A stretch of DNA of 64,000 nucleotides from Octopus vulgaris (lineage: Eukaryota), in the NCBI GenBank assembly GCA_951406725.2, contig OX597815.1, positions 40,362,001 through 40,426,000 on the forward strand, read 5' to 3'. Each line of letters starts with the position of its first letter. Positions within the stretch are counted from its first letter, which is position 1. Positions 14,196 through 27,573 of the stretch are shown here, one piece after another. Both the position numbers and the translations under genes were made by a program. The notes under the pieces are model-generated. The model ran no database searches, was not told the origin of the DNA, and was given only the letters and a program-made list of their open reading frames with translations.

Positions 14196-15431
14196 ACATG
14201 ATGAGCTTCCACACAGTTACCATCTTGCAAATTCACTTACAAAATATTGGTTGGCATGAAGCTATAGAAGACATTTGTCGAATGTGCCACACAGTTGAAC
14301 TGAATCCAAAACCAAATGGTTGCAAAGCGAATTTCTTGTCCAAGACGACCATGTCTATCCTTATAGACAACCAAGGTTACTATTGCTAGTGAGTTCTGTG
14401 TGCCAGAAATATATTGCTAATGAAAGAATTTGAATTGAAAAAGTATATCCACTTACGTAATGTAACTTTCTTCACAATTAATTTTCCATTGTGATTTACA
14501 CAAGTATAGTCAATACAGTTTTTGGTCCAATGACTGCCAACATTTCGGCAAATAGCACCATCATCACAAGCTAAAAAAACACAAACATATGTACAAGATA
14601 AACATCAACATCATCATTTCACAAGCCAATGAGGAATCATTACATGATCAGTAGATCTGTTAGAAAGAGCAACCAAATCTTTGTCATATCACATCCTATT
14701 GTCTTAGAAAAACTGAAAGGACACATTGGATAAATATTTGGGGCTTGTTAGATCGGGCCAGGCATGACTGTGTGGTAAGAAGTTTGTTTCCCAACCACAT
14801 GGTTCTAGGTTCAGTCCTGCCTATCGTGTGTGTGTGTGTGTGTGTTCCCTTATTGTGACATCACATGATAGTTGTAAAATAATTGTCACTGTCATACAAG
14901 CAGTGTCATTCATTTCCAATATTCTATGAGGACAGGTCAGGTCATGGGGTAAATATTACCTTGCTTGGAAACAGGTGAGGATTGGTGACAGGGAGGGCAT
15001 CTGCCTCAATAAGCTCCCATCTAACCCATGCAAGCATGGAAAAGTGGATGTTGAAACGATGATGATGATAATGATGATGAGTTACCAATTTGGATCTTAA
15101 GGAATTTTCAGCAAGTTGTATCATAAGGATTGATATCAAGGACAACTAATCCAACACACCTGAATTGCATTCAAGCTTATATTAACTTGTTATGACTTTT
15201 GTTTGTTATACTTAATAAACTTTCTCTAACAGTTCTGCCAATTTACCAAGGGCCTTCCACACAGTTTACTAAATTCTACTCACAAAGTCAACCTGAGGCT
15301 ATGAAGGAAAACATTTGCCCATGGTGACATGCAGGAAGATCCAGCTTGGAACCATGTGGCTGTGAAACAAATTTCTTAACTACACAGTTATACCTCTACT
15401 CCTTGTTGCCCCAATACATTCTTTCACCAGT

Positions 15432-15658
15432 ATTCTTTTACTCTTATACTTGATTCAGTCATTTGACTGTGGCCATGCTGGAGCACCGCCTTAAAGGGTT
15501 TTAGAAAAAAATCAACCCCAGGACTTATTCTTTGTAAGCCTAGTACTTATTCTATCAGTCTCTTTGGCTGAACCATTAAGTTACGGGGACATAAACATAC
15601 TAGCATTGGTTCTCAAACAATGGTGAGGAGACAAACACAGCCTCACACACACATAAAT

Positions 15659-15707
<49 letters not shown>

Positions 15708-16080
15708 CATGACGGGCTTCTTTTGGCTTCCACCTACCAAATCCACTCACAAGGCTTTTGTTGGCCCAAGGCTATAGTAAAGGACACTTTCCCAAGGTGC
15801 CACACAGTGGCACCTTGGACAAGTGGATATTATAACATGGATATTATCTTTTATCTTTTACCTTTTATTTGTTTCAGTTGCTGAACTACAGTCATGAAGG
15901 AGCACCATCTTGAAAGGTTTAGTTGAACAAATCAAGCCCAGTAGATATTTTTTTAAAGTCTTGTCCTTATTCTATTGGTCCCTTTTTGCCTAACTGCTAC
16001 ATTACAGAGATGTAAACAAAGCAACACTGACTGGCAAATGATGATTGGGACAAATACAGTTCAACCACAATGACACATAC
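15432..16080 (-). mobile_element. Two adjacent SINE family A copies (15432-15810, 15845-16080)
   Basis: Family A tail and body on the minus strand. Confidence 0.75.
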
Positions 16081-16203
16081 ACTCACACTCACACATACAC
16101 ACACACACTCACACATACACACTCACACTCACACATACACACACATATATGCATGTATATATTACATTTTACATATATATTAAATATTACACACACACAC
16201 ACA

Positions 16204-17505
16204 CATCATCATCATCATCATCATCATTTAATGTCCGCTTTCCATGCTGGCATGGGTTTGACGGTTTGACTGAGGACTGGTGAGTCAGGAGGCTGCACCA
16301 GGCTCCAATCTGATCTGGCAAGGTTTCTACAGCTGGATGCCTTTCCTAATGCTAACCACTCTGAGAGTGTAGTGTGTGCTTTTTATGTGTCACTGGCATC
16401 GACCATGCTTGAATGGTGCTTTTTATGTGTCACTGGCACAGGAGTCAGTCAGGCAGCACTGGCATTGACCATGCTTGAATGGTGCTTTTTATGTGCCACT
16501 GGTACAGGAGCCAGTCAGGCAGCACTGACATCAACTACATTCAAATGGTGCTATTTAATGTGCCATCGGCCACACTCAAATGGTGTCTTTTATGTGCCAC
16601 CAGCATGGGTGCCAGTCAGGCAGCACTGGCATCAGCCATGACTACAATTTCACTTGACTCAACAGGTCTTCTCAAGCACAGCAAATCTCCAAAGGTCTTG
16701 GTTGTTTGTCATTGCTTCTGTAAGACCCAACATTCGAAGGTTGTGCTTCACCACCTCATCCCAGATCTTCCTTGGTCTACCTCTTCCACAGCTTCCCTCT
16801 ACTGTTAGAGTGTGACACTTCTTCACTCAGCTGTCCTCGTCCATACACAACATATGACCATACCAGCACAGTTTTCTCTCTTGCACACCACATCTGATGT
16901 TTCTTGTGTCCAACTTTTCTCTCAGGGTGCTTACACTCTGTCGTGTGTGCACACTGACATTACACATCTAACGGATCATACTAGCTTCATTTCTTTCAAG
17001 CCTACACACGTCCTCAGCAGTCACAGCTCATGTTTCACCACCATGTAGCATGGCTGTTCACACACATGCATCATACAGTCTACCTTTCAATCTGAGCGAG
17101 AGGCCCTATGTTACCAGCAGAGCTAGGAGCTCTCTAAATTTTGCCCAGAATATTCTTATTCTAGCAGCTATGCTCTCAAAGCATCCAACCCCACTACTGA
17201 TGTGGTCACCTAGGTAACGGAAGCAGTCAACTACTACTAGTTTTTACCTTTAGCATGTGATGGAGTCTGTTTTCTGTACATCTTCAGTGTTTATTGCCCC
17301 CATGCAGCTACCACACACAAAAACTACCTTCCCAGTTAACCTTCCTTTGATATTGTTGCATCTTTTATGTGTCCATAGCCTACACCAGGTACATCTTAGG
17401 GACTTTCTACCTATGCCTTTTCTATAGATCGAGCAGGGCCATCTACCTGAAGGGATTTGTGATTTTTCTGCCTTCCTACTTACTAAGACTTTGGTCTTTG
17501 CTAAA
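16204..17505 (-). mobile_element. 5'-truncated, more diverged RTE copy
   Basis: Same C-terminal region, repeated 3'UTR modules and (GAT)n tail. Confidence 0.88.
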
Positions 17506-20500
17506 TGAAATACTTACCAGATTGTACCACTTTAACCTGGCTTCTATGACAGGTAAATTTCACACATTTTTCTCCCCATTTTGCACCCTGCTTGTGGTCA
17601 ACACCTTTGTGTGTGCATGTGGAAACTGGAACAAAAATAAAAGAAACAATGGTTAAATATTTGAAAGTAACATTCAAAACCACGAATAAATTTTTCATAA
17701 TATTTATGGTCACGAAAAAACTGAAGATGAAGCTGAAGCTTTTGAGATACACTAACAATTATTGAGGGAACCTCTAGGTAGATGTTTAACCTCCAAGAAA
17801 GACCAGCCAAATCTCTTTGAATTATACCTTACCATCTTAAAAAAAAAAAGGACATACTAAATAATGTAGTCTCATATATTCCTAAAAAGACAGGATAATC
17901 AAGGCAGTAAAGGTTTAAATACCTTTGGTTATAGGTTTACTTGAATAGAGCTAGCCTGATGTAAGACAGTAACAATTTTACAGTATCTAATTAATTTTTT
18001 TCTTTCTCTAAGTTCGAATTCTGTTGGGTCTCACTTCACTTTTGACATCTTCAAAATGTATCAAAAAGTTGATGCATCAAAAAGTTGTTTGAACTATGTT
18101 ATTAATATCCAACATTTTATTCTTTTAGTCCTGATAGGTTTGTAGCAATCTCTACAAATCACTACAAATCGCCCGATATCACAATTCATATTGCCCACAT
18201 TATCCACAAAATCTGACTGATCACTACTTCATGTCAAATAAGCTCCAACAATGATTTTTTTTTGTGTTTTGGCACACTTCATTTTGAACCTATCGTGCAG
18301 TATAAAGTCAGTACATCATGAACACTAAACAGAGAGTTTTGGCATGTTGCAGAGAAAGCATTGACTGACACTGTAGGAGTTGGCCAACAGAGATGGCAGC
18401 TTGCAGCTGACAACACAAAAGCAATGGACAGTTGGAGGACAAACGACATCAGAATTCAGTAACCAATAAGCAACTAACCACACTTTATCTGATACTACAA
18501 CAACACCAAGAACAAAAATTCCCTCGACGTTTTGTTGTTCGTAGTAAGACAACTATCATTTTTAGTGCATGAAAAGAATAAATTGTTGTTTATCAAAATC
18601 TCAACAGACTCTAATGTTTCTTTCCATACAACTAAGTTTAATAATTTTACCTTTTTATTAGATATCAAGAGTTTTTTTTTTTTTTTTTCAGTGACCAGCT
18701 TGCCTTTCTAAGATTTATCTTTGTTATCTACATTGTATTTTTTCTACATATCCTGCATATAAATGTTTATAATTTAATGTACTTTATCTGTGTTGTATAA
18801 GGTTATACGGTTATTCAGGCTGAAATTAAAATATCTAATACTGGGATGAAATAATCCACAATCACTAACAAAAGTTTATCTGCCAAATTAAGTTTTGTGT
18901 TAGAATTATCAAGGAAACAATACACAGAAGCAATGGATTTTGGGCACCCAATGTGGTGACCAAACTGACCGCTTTTTAAAAATGTAACATACTTTTGACT
19001 ACAGTAAATGCATATATATAAAGTGGCTAACCTGAATGATCTGAACAGCCTGCACACCCCATACTGTGCCTTTGGTTGGGAGGCCTTCATTCACCATTCA
19101 CCCAACTACTGCAATGGCTCCTTCTCACCAAACTAAAAAAGTTTATATCACCTCCCAACAACTTTATCTAATTCAGTCACATCTCTTTCTCTTATCTCAC
19201 ATCTTTGCCAAACTGTGCAGTTAACACTTTATCCAGTGTCAATCTCAATACCTAACAGAGAAAAGCTACTCACAATAGACTGGCATTCTCTCAATTTTTT
19301 TTTTTTTTTGATGCTATGAAAATCATAAATAAACATCAGCTCCTTGGGGTCTTGTGGGAAAATTTATTCATCAACATACACCACACATAGCTCCTAATCT
19401 CTGATCATAACTCTGCAATACTATCATCATCAATAACAACTTTTAGTAAATATCTTTCATTATATTCATAAAATACTTACAGCTTATACTCAATACAGAG
19501 CAGAGTACAAGAAGACCAAACAAAAGAGTTCCCTTTTGGTTCAGCATGGTTTTATGATGTCAAAAAGATATTTCCAATTACCTGTAAACAAATAAAAAAG
19601 TAAACAATTTCAATTAAGGTAGCATTGCAAGAGTTTAATAGCATAATCAGATAATGAGGAGGTTGCAAAAAAACATAAAGAAAAGACTTAAAGGCAGTTA
19701 AAAAGTCGGGAAGGTACACCTCCAATGAAGAGGAGGCTCTCTTTACTACGAAAGAATTCATCTTCTGAGAGGATGAACCAGCCTTCACCCTGAATAAATG
19801 AAATTTTACAGCCCTTCACAAGACTAGCAAAGATCTTATAAAATATCAGCAATTTCCAAATGATGTATGGATCAAGAAGGAAATGGGATCACATTGCAAC
19901 AGCATAAAAAGGATAGGATATTAGTACAAATTTCTGACACATTATGAAGTGTTGTATATTATCAGTCCACTGGAGGTGTGCCTTTACTTGTTCATTGGAA
20001 TCCAAGAGCTCTATGTGGTAGATTCCAGAATCTCCAACTGTAAATAATACAGGAAGAAATCAGCACAAATAAATGTTTAAACATTATATATATCTTGTTT
20101 TAAATATTGTTTTATGCATTTTTATTCATTCTACGTAATTATCTGTGGCACTTTTTATGAATTATTAATTCATCCCTTTATAATGGTCTTTGGACACTGG
20201 GCCTCACTGAGGAAATGACAAGGGACCGGGAGAGGTGGTGATTTGCTGTACTTGATAAGTCTCATCCAGCTAAGTAAAATCGCTGCCTCCCACATATACA
20301 GACTTGTCCTTTCAGGTGCTGATGCCACTTAAAAAGGCAAAGTTGACCACAGCAGAATTTGAACACAGATGGATGAAATGCTACAAAGCATTTTGCCTGG
20401 TTTGCTAACAATTCTGGCAGCTCACTGCCTTAATGATGATGATGGTGGTGGTGGTGGTGGTGGCGGCGGCGGCAGTGGCGGCGGTGGCAGTGGCGGTGGC

Positions 20501-20894
20501 AGTGGCAGTGGCGGTGGCGGTGGTGGTAAAGAAAACAATACACCTCGGAAATGCTTGTTTTGGTTATTTTTTTCTGAGTTGTAGTGCACCTGAGCACTGT
20601 ATACAATAAGTTCGTTATTATTATTATTATTACTATAGAATACTTAGAAAAGTACTTCACTCTCGAGGGTACCACATCAAACCACTGCTTCTAGATAGCT
20701 GGCACCAGTATTACATCAACAACAACAGATGTTGTGTGACAAACAATAAAATAACAACAATAATAATAATAATGGTTTCAAATTTTGACACAAATTCAGT
20801 TATTTTAAGGGATGGATAAATCAATTATGTCAACACAAGTACTTTACTAGTACTTATTTTATGGAACCTGAAAGAGAATTTAAGAGGAAAACTG

Positions 20895-21376
20895 ATTATA
20901 AGAGGCATCAGATGTTGTGTACAAGAGAGAAAACTGTTGGTGTAGTCGCATGATGCATATGGATGAAGACAGTTGTGTAAAGAAGTGCAGAGCTCTAATT
21001 GTAGAGGAGCCAACCCAGAAAGTCATGGGACAAAGTGTTGAGAAAGGATCTTCAGATGCTGGGCCTCACTGTGGAAAAGACAAGGAACTGGGAGTTTTGG
21101 TGATTAACAGTGCTTGAGAAAACACATCAAGCCAAGTACAATTCACTGTCATCCTTACCTACAAGCTTATCCTTTACAGGTGCTGGTGCTATGTAAAATG
21201 CACTGGTGCCAGTGCTACATAAGTGCACCCATGCATTAGGAAGGGCATCCAGCTGTAGAAACTCTGCCAGATCAAGATTGGAGCCTGGTGCAGCCATCTG
21301 GTTCACCAGCCCTCAGTCAAATCGTCCAACCCATGCTAGCATGGAAAGCAGACGATGATGATGATGATGATGATGA
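20895..21376 (+). mobile_element. Degraded RTE 3' fragment with tail
   Basis: HMDEDSCVKKCR.. followed by aggaagggcatccagctgtagaaac and (GAT)n. Confidence 0.75.
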
Positions 21377-22065
21377 CTCTGTGGGTCATGGGTATGTGCA
21401 GTGTTTTGTTTTGATTTTATACTTTTTATTGCATTAAAAGTCATCTGTACGATATATGAGCAGTGCCTTGTAGTGAATATTTCTAAATCTTGTAAGGCAA
21501 CAAGCTGGCAGAATTGTTAGAACTCTGGACAAACTGCTTAGAGGCATTTGGTTCATCTTTATGTACTGAGTTCAAATTCTACCAAGGTCAACTTTGCCTT
21601 ACATCCTTTCAAGGTTGATAAAATAAGTACCAGTTGAACACTATAATTGTCTTATCCCTTCCGCCAAAAATTACTGGCCTTGTGCCAAAATTTGAAATCA
21701 ATATTTCAAAGTCTTGTAGTTTTGGTTATATATTTGCATGTTTTTTTTAATCATTCCCAATGCTAATCATTTCTATCTTTAGCACTTACATTCAGGTTAT
21801 TTCCTACATATATGTTGATCTAGTCTCAAAACAAACCTGGTATAGACATGCTGTCCTGCCGATATCTTGTCCTACAGTTATACTATGTTGTTACTTTGTT
21901 GTCCTACGAGCCCATATGGCTGTTGATCAACTCTCCCACAGATATGTTATCATATATACATGTTGTCCCACACATATATTGTCCTCGAACAATGCATCAA
22001 TATAAAGTGCTATAATTCAACAGTTATGTTAAATGCATATCGTCATGTTACAGGAAAAGTTAAAG

Positions 22066-22183
22066 TGATGATGATGATGATGATGATGATTATGACGATG
22101 ACGATGACAATGATGATGATGATGATGATGATGATGACGATGACGACGATGACGACGACAACGACGATGACGACGAGATGATA
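22066..22183. repeat. (GAT)n/(GAC)n microsatellite
   Basis: Direct reading. Confidence 0.96.
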
Positions 22184-22741
22184 ATGTCTCTGAAAATAAT
22201 GACAATAATCGTTGTGGTTATTTAACAAAAATGAAACAAATATTTCCATTTTGTTTCTCTCTAAGTGTGAAGAGGCCTGTTACCAAAGTCAGAATTGTTA
22301 CATACCTGAAATTTCTTCAGAAAATCTCTGATGAGATTTTGCAGAAAGGCAAGTATTTTATACGGTAAAAGTCTGTGAGAAATGACAGCTGGTTTCTATA
22401 AATATTTTCGTTATCTTCTAACCTTGAAAGTGTTACCAACTCTAAAGTAACTCTTATCAAAATACAATTGACTAATGAGATGTTAAATTTTATTTTATTT
22501 AAAAGATATTCAATTTTATTTTATTGAATTTTATTTCATGCTATTATGTAACAACTATCTTTCCATATTGCAGCTGCTGCTGCTATTGTTGCTATTGTTG
22601 TCTTCATCATTGTAATTGAAATTGTTGTTGTGTTGTTTGTTGTTGTTCTTTTACAGTCTAGACAACACTGAGCAAGTAGACTTGTGCTCATGCTGGTCAA
22701 ATTTCGAGGGGTAACATATAGATTCTTTTATCTTAGATATA

Positions 22742-22784
<43 letters not shown>

Positions 22785-22785
<1 letters not shown>

Positions 22786-24972
22786 GGCTGAACAAGTACC
22801 TGGACGAAAACAAACTGTTCCCAGAAGAGCAGAAAGGATGCCGCAAAGGCTCATATGGCTGTAAAGATCAACTAATGATTAATAAAGCCATAACTGAAGA
22901 CAGCCACAGAAAGAAGAAAGGCCTCAGTATGGCCTGGATTGACTACAAAAAGGCGTTTGATAGCATCCCCCACACATGGATCCTCGAAACACTAGCCATT
23001 AACAAAGTAGCACCAACAATCATAAAATTCATAGAGCACTCTATGAATAAATGGCAAACAGTCCTACACCTCCAAACAAAAGAGGGACTCATGAAAACCA
23101 AAGACATCCCCATTAGAAGAGGAATATTCCAGGGAGACACGCTCTCTCCACTCCTTTTCTGCTTGGCACTGTCACCTCTATCTGATATACTAAATAGAAC
23201 TGGATGCGGATATAAATGTTACGGCAAAACGATCAGCCACCTTTTATATATGGATGACCTAAAACTATACGCTGCAAATGACAAACAGCTGGAAACACTA
23301 TTAAAGACAGTTCATGGATTTACCAAAGAAATAGATATGAAATTTGGATTAGAAAAATGCGCCAAAGTAACCATGAAAAGAGGAAAACTAGTTAAGAGTA
23401 ACAACATCACACTAGATAAAACCAATGAAATAAAAGAATTAGACCAAAGCCAAACTTACAAATACTTAGGAATCCATGAACTAGATAAGACACAACACAC
23501 ACAAATGAAAGAGAAAATAAAAAAAGAATATTATAGACGAGTTAGATCAATACTAAAAACAGAGCTCAATGCTAAAAACAAGATAATAGGTATCAACACT
23601 TTAGCTGTCCCAGTTATAAGTTACAGCTACAATATCCTTAACTGGACACGAAATGAACTGACCAAAATAGATAGGAAAACAAGAAAAATAATGACAGCAT
23701 CTAGGATGCATCACCCAAAATCTGACATAGAAAGACTATATATACAACGTATAGAAGGTGGTAGAGGCCTTATACAGCTGGAAAACTACTATAAAATAAC
23801 CACCATAGGACTGCAAAAATATCTACTTCAGAAGGAAGGAAAACTGATCCAGATAGCGGCAAAACACGAGCAAAACAAAAAACTGTTCTCAGTATTTAAG
23901 GAAGCTGACAAATACAAACAAGAAATCATACCACCTAATAAACATGAAGAAGAAGAAGAAGAAGAAGAAGAAGAAGAAGAAGAAGAAGAAGAAGAAGAAG
24001 AAGAAGAAGAAGAAGAAGAAGAAGAAGAAGAAGATGAAGAAACAACAAAAGCTATAAAACAAATGAAATACAAACTAAAAATAGAACAGCAACGAACCAT
24101 GATAAAACGATGGCAAGAAAAGCCCCTTCATGGTAAATACTGGACTAAACTAAATGCAAAAGAAATAGACAAAGAAAAATCCCAGCAATGGTTGAGAAGC
24201 TCAGGACTCAAAGCAGAGACGGAGGGATTTTTAATTGCAACACAAGACCAAAGCCTCCCCACCAGAAATTACCAAAAACATCTAATGAAAAGAAATATTA
24301 CAAGTAACTGCAGAATATGTGGAGATGGACAAGAAACAATAAATCATATTATTTCTAGCTGCCCAGTCCTGGCTAAGAAGGAATATATTCACAGACATGA
24401 CAGAGTTGGAACCTACATACATTGGAAGCTATGCCAACATTATGGAATAACAACAGAAAAAAGATGGTATAGGCACACACCAGAAAAGGTCACAGAAAAC
24501 GAGAAAGCAACCATACTCTGGGATATGCCAATACACACAGATAGAGAAATTAAGGCCAACAGACCAGATATAGTTGTCAGAGATCATGAAGAAAAAAAAT
24601 GCTTTCTAATTGATGTATCAATACCGGCAGATGACAACGTGTCTCTAAAAGAAATGGAGAAACTCTCAAAATACAAAGACCTGGAAATAGAGGTAACTAG
24701 AATGTGGAATCTGAAAACAGAAACAATTCCTATCATAGTAGGTGCATTAGGCATGATAAAAAAATATTCAGACAAATACATAACAAAAACACCAGGACTT
24801 ACAAACACATATAACATACAGAAAATTGCACTACTAGGCACTGCACACATCCTACGCAGAACACTTTCCATACAATAACCATCAGAGCATCACAACAAAT
24901 CACAGCACATACCCAAGGCACACAGAGCTGCGCTCGGTAGTGAAGTGAAAGCACGCTATAAAAATAAAACTA

Positions 24973-24976
<4 letters not shown>
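22785..24976 (+). mobile_element. 5'-truncated R4/Dong-like non-LTR retrotransposon (RT, CCHC and restriction-like endonuclease) inserted in (TAA)n
   Basis: Open frame 22785-24878 with QGD.LSP, YMDD, KYLG, GGRGL, CRIC..H...C knuckle, RHD and PD..D..K..KY RLE motifs; short 3'UTR ending in (AAT)n; TAA arrays on both flanks. Confidence 0.95.
22875..24878 (+). CDS. R4/Dong-like ORF (RT-RLE), 667 aa, with an in-frame poly-Glu tract; 5'-incomplete
   Basis: ORF track entry plus the motifs listed above; no internal stops. Confidence 0.9.
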   Translation: MINKAITEDSHRKKKGLSMAWIDYKKAFDSIPHTWILETLAINKVAPTIIKFIEHSMNKWQTVLHLQTKEGLMKTKDIPIRRGIFQGDTLSPLLFCLALSPLSDILNRTGCGYKCYGKTISHLLYMDDLKLYAANDKQLETLLKTVHGFTKEIDMKFGLEKCAKVTMKRGKLVKSNNITLDKTNEIKELDQSQTYKYLGIHELDKTQHTQMKEKIKKEYYRRVRSILKTELNAKNKIIGINTLAVPVISYSYNILNWTRNELTKIDRKTRKIMTASRMHHPKSDIERLYIQRIEGGRGLIQLENYYKITTIGLQKYLLQKEGKLIQIAAKHEQNKKLFSVFKEADKYKQEIIPPNKHEEEEEEEEEEEEEEEEEEEEEEEEEEEEEDEETTKAIKQMKYKLKIEQQRTMIKRWQEKPLHGKYWTKLNAKEIDKEKSQQWLRSSGLKAETEGFLIATQDQSLPTRNYQKHLMKRNITSNCRICGDGQETINHIISSCPVLAKKEYIHRHDRVGTYIHWKLCQHYGITTEKRWYRHTPEKVTENEKATILWDMPIHTDREIKANRPDIVVRDHEEKKCFLIDVSIPADDNVSLKEMEKLSKYKDLEIEVTRMWNLKTETIPIIVGALGMIKKYSDKYITKTPGLTNTYNIQKIALLGTAHILRRTLSIQ

Positions 24977-25015
<39 letters not shown>

Positions 25016-25149
25016 GGATGCACACATCCTACGCAGAAAATTTTCCATACAATAACCATCAGAGCATCACAACAAATCACAGCACATACCCAAGGCACAC
25101 AGAGCAGCGCTCTGTAGTGAAGTGAAAGCACGCTATAAAAATAAAACTA

Positions 25150-25152
<3 letters not shown>
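25016..25152 (+). mobile_element. Short 3'-end copy of the same Dong-like element
   Basis: Near-identical to 24840-24976; flanked by TAA arrays. Confidence 0.9.
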
Positions 25153-25180
<28 letters not shown>

Positions 25181-25183
<3 letters not shown>

Positions 25184-26100
25184 CAACACACACAAATGAA
25201 AGAGAAAATAAAAAAAGAATATTATAGACGAGTTAGATCAATACTAAAAACAAAGCTCAATGCTAAAAACAAGATAATAGGTATTAACACTTTAGCTGTC
25301 CCAGTTATAAGTTACAGCTACATTATCTTTAACTGGACACGAAATGAACTGACCAAAATAGATAGGAAAACAAGAAAAATAATGACAGCATCTAGGATGC
25401 ATCACCCAAAATCTGACATAGAAAGACTATATATACAACGTATAGAAGGTGGTAGAGGCCTTATACAGCTGGAAAACTACTATAAAATAACCACCATAGG
25501 ACTGCAAAAATATCTACTTCAGAAGGAAGGAAAACTGATACAAATAGCAGCAAAACACGAGAAAAACAGAAAACTGTTCTCAGTATTTAAGGAAGCTGAC
25601 AAATACAAACAAGAAATCATACCACCTAACAAATATGAAGAAGAAGAAGAAGAAGAAGAAGAAGAAGAAGAAGAAGAAGAAGAAGAAGAAGAAGAAGAAG
25701 AAGAAGAAGAAGAAGAAAAAGAAGAAGAAGAAGAAGAAGAAGAAGAAACAAAAGCTATAAAACAAATGAAATACAAACTAAAACTAGAACAGCAAAGAAC
25801 CATGATAAAACGATGGCAAGAAAAGCCCCTTCATGGTAAATACTGGACTAAACTAAACACAAAAGAAATAGACAAAGAAAAATCCCAGCAATGGTTGAGA
25901 AGCTCAGGACTCAAAGCAGAGACAGAGGGATTTTTATTGCAGCACAAGACCAAAGCCTCCCCACCAGAAATTACCAAAAACATCTAATGAAAAGAAATAT
26001 AACAAGTAACTGCAGAATATGTGGAGATGGACAAGAAACAATAAATCATATTATCTCTGGCTGCCCAGTCCTGGCTAAGAAGGAATATATTCACAGACAT
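25181..26100 (+). mobile_element. Third copy of the same Dong-like element, 5'-truncated, 3' end deleted
   Basis: Near-identical to ~23490-24398; 1-nt frameshift near 25935; ends at the ACAT junction at 26097-26100. Confidence 0.92.
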
Positions 26101-26565
26101 TGTTTTGTCTAGGCATAAAAGATGGGCTACAGCGAATATTCTGCTCAATACCACAGATTTGCTTGTCAGTTGTTTGACCTTAACCAGTTGACCATGTCCC
26201 TTAGTGGCTGATGATATGTGCATCTCTGATCACAAGCAGAAGTAGTGGGGGGGCATCATAGCCATGTGTTGAGAGGGATTCTTTGGGGTTTGAATAATTC
26301 ACCTCTGGAAACATGAGTGTTTCGTTCAACATCCTTAAACAACCCTTATTCAGGGACCTTTTGAGCCGGTTGGGTTACTCGACCAGAAGAAAATTCTAAC
26401 TGGGCCCCACCTGCAAGGTCATGTGCTGTTTATCTTGATATGCACACATGGTTGTGATGCATGTGCCTAGTGTACCCTTATCAGACAGGTAGTCATGATG
26501 GGTATACTGGGCTTCGTATATTTTACCCCAGTGTCACTTTGATAGCATGCACTGCTCTCTCACTC
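26097..26565. mobile_element. Non-coding TAA-associated repeat (left end lost)
   Basis: Matches 27982-28463; ends ctctctcactc-(AAT)n. Confidence 0.8.
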
Positions 26566-26614
<49 letters not shown>

Positions 26615-26848
26615 TTGAGATTGAAACTATAGACCACCTAATCTCAGGGGGTGGAGTCTTAGTACCTGTAGAATATAAAAAAGCAAGACATGACAGAGTC
26701 GACCAGTATTTACACTGGACAATATGTTGGCATTATAAAATCAGACGGGTAGTCATGATGGGTATACTGGGCTTCGTATATTTTACCCCAGTGTCACTTT
26801 GATAGCATGCACTGCTCTCTCACTCAATAATAATAATAATAATAATAT

Positions 26849-27573
26849 TGAGATTGAAACTATAGACCACCTAATCTCAGGGTGTAGAGTCTTAGTACCT
26901 GTAGAATATAAAAAAGCAAGACATGACAGAGTCGACCAGTATTTACACTGAACAATATGTTGGCATTATAAAATCAAAACCGCTGACAAATTGTATAAAC
27001 ACCATCCTGAAGTTGTGACTGAGGGAAACAATGTGTTGATTCTATAGGACTTCCCCCATACATACCGACAAAACTATAAAAGCTAATAAACCGGATATTA
27101 TTATAAAAGATCGGACAAAAAAGGTGTGTTTATTAATTGACAAGAGTATTCCTTGCAATCACAATATAGCAGCAAAAGAATTTGACAAGATCAGTGAATA
27201 TAAAGACTTGCTAATAGAAATTGAAAAAATATGGCATCTCAAGGCAACTACACTCCCAGTGATTGTAGGATCTCTAGGAATGATAAAAAAAGGTACTGAA
27301 ATCTATTTTAAAATGATACCAGGCTTACCATCCATACAGGAAGTGCAAAAAATCTTGTTAACTGGAACAACTCATATACTGAGAAGAGCATTATCGCTGT
27401 GAAAACAACATCCATTCATAAATTTATTTATTTATTAATTTTTTTAAATACATATTTTACCTGTGAATTTGCGTGTGTAATCTGGGAATGCATACAATGA
27501 GCTTCTCTGACCTAGGTGTATGGAAAACACTCGGCGAGAAATGGAAGAAAATTTGAAGAAAGAAGAAAAAAAG

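Noticed and set aside
16372-16632. CRISPR-like repeat-spacer pattern
   Set aside because: The repeats are degenerate, the spacers are related to each other, there are no cas genes, and the array is part of a eukaryotic RTE 3'UTR.
20369-20584. Poly-Gly ORF
   Set aside because: GGT/GGC microsatellite between SINE and CR1 fragments; the paralogous block has a different repeat.
22325-22352. Other CTGATGA hits (6128, 22329, 26209, 28880, 50622) as hammerheads
   Set aside because: No stem II closed by GAAA and no matching stem I.
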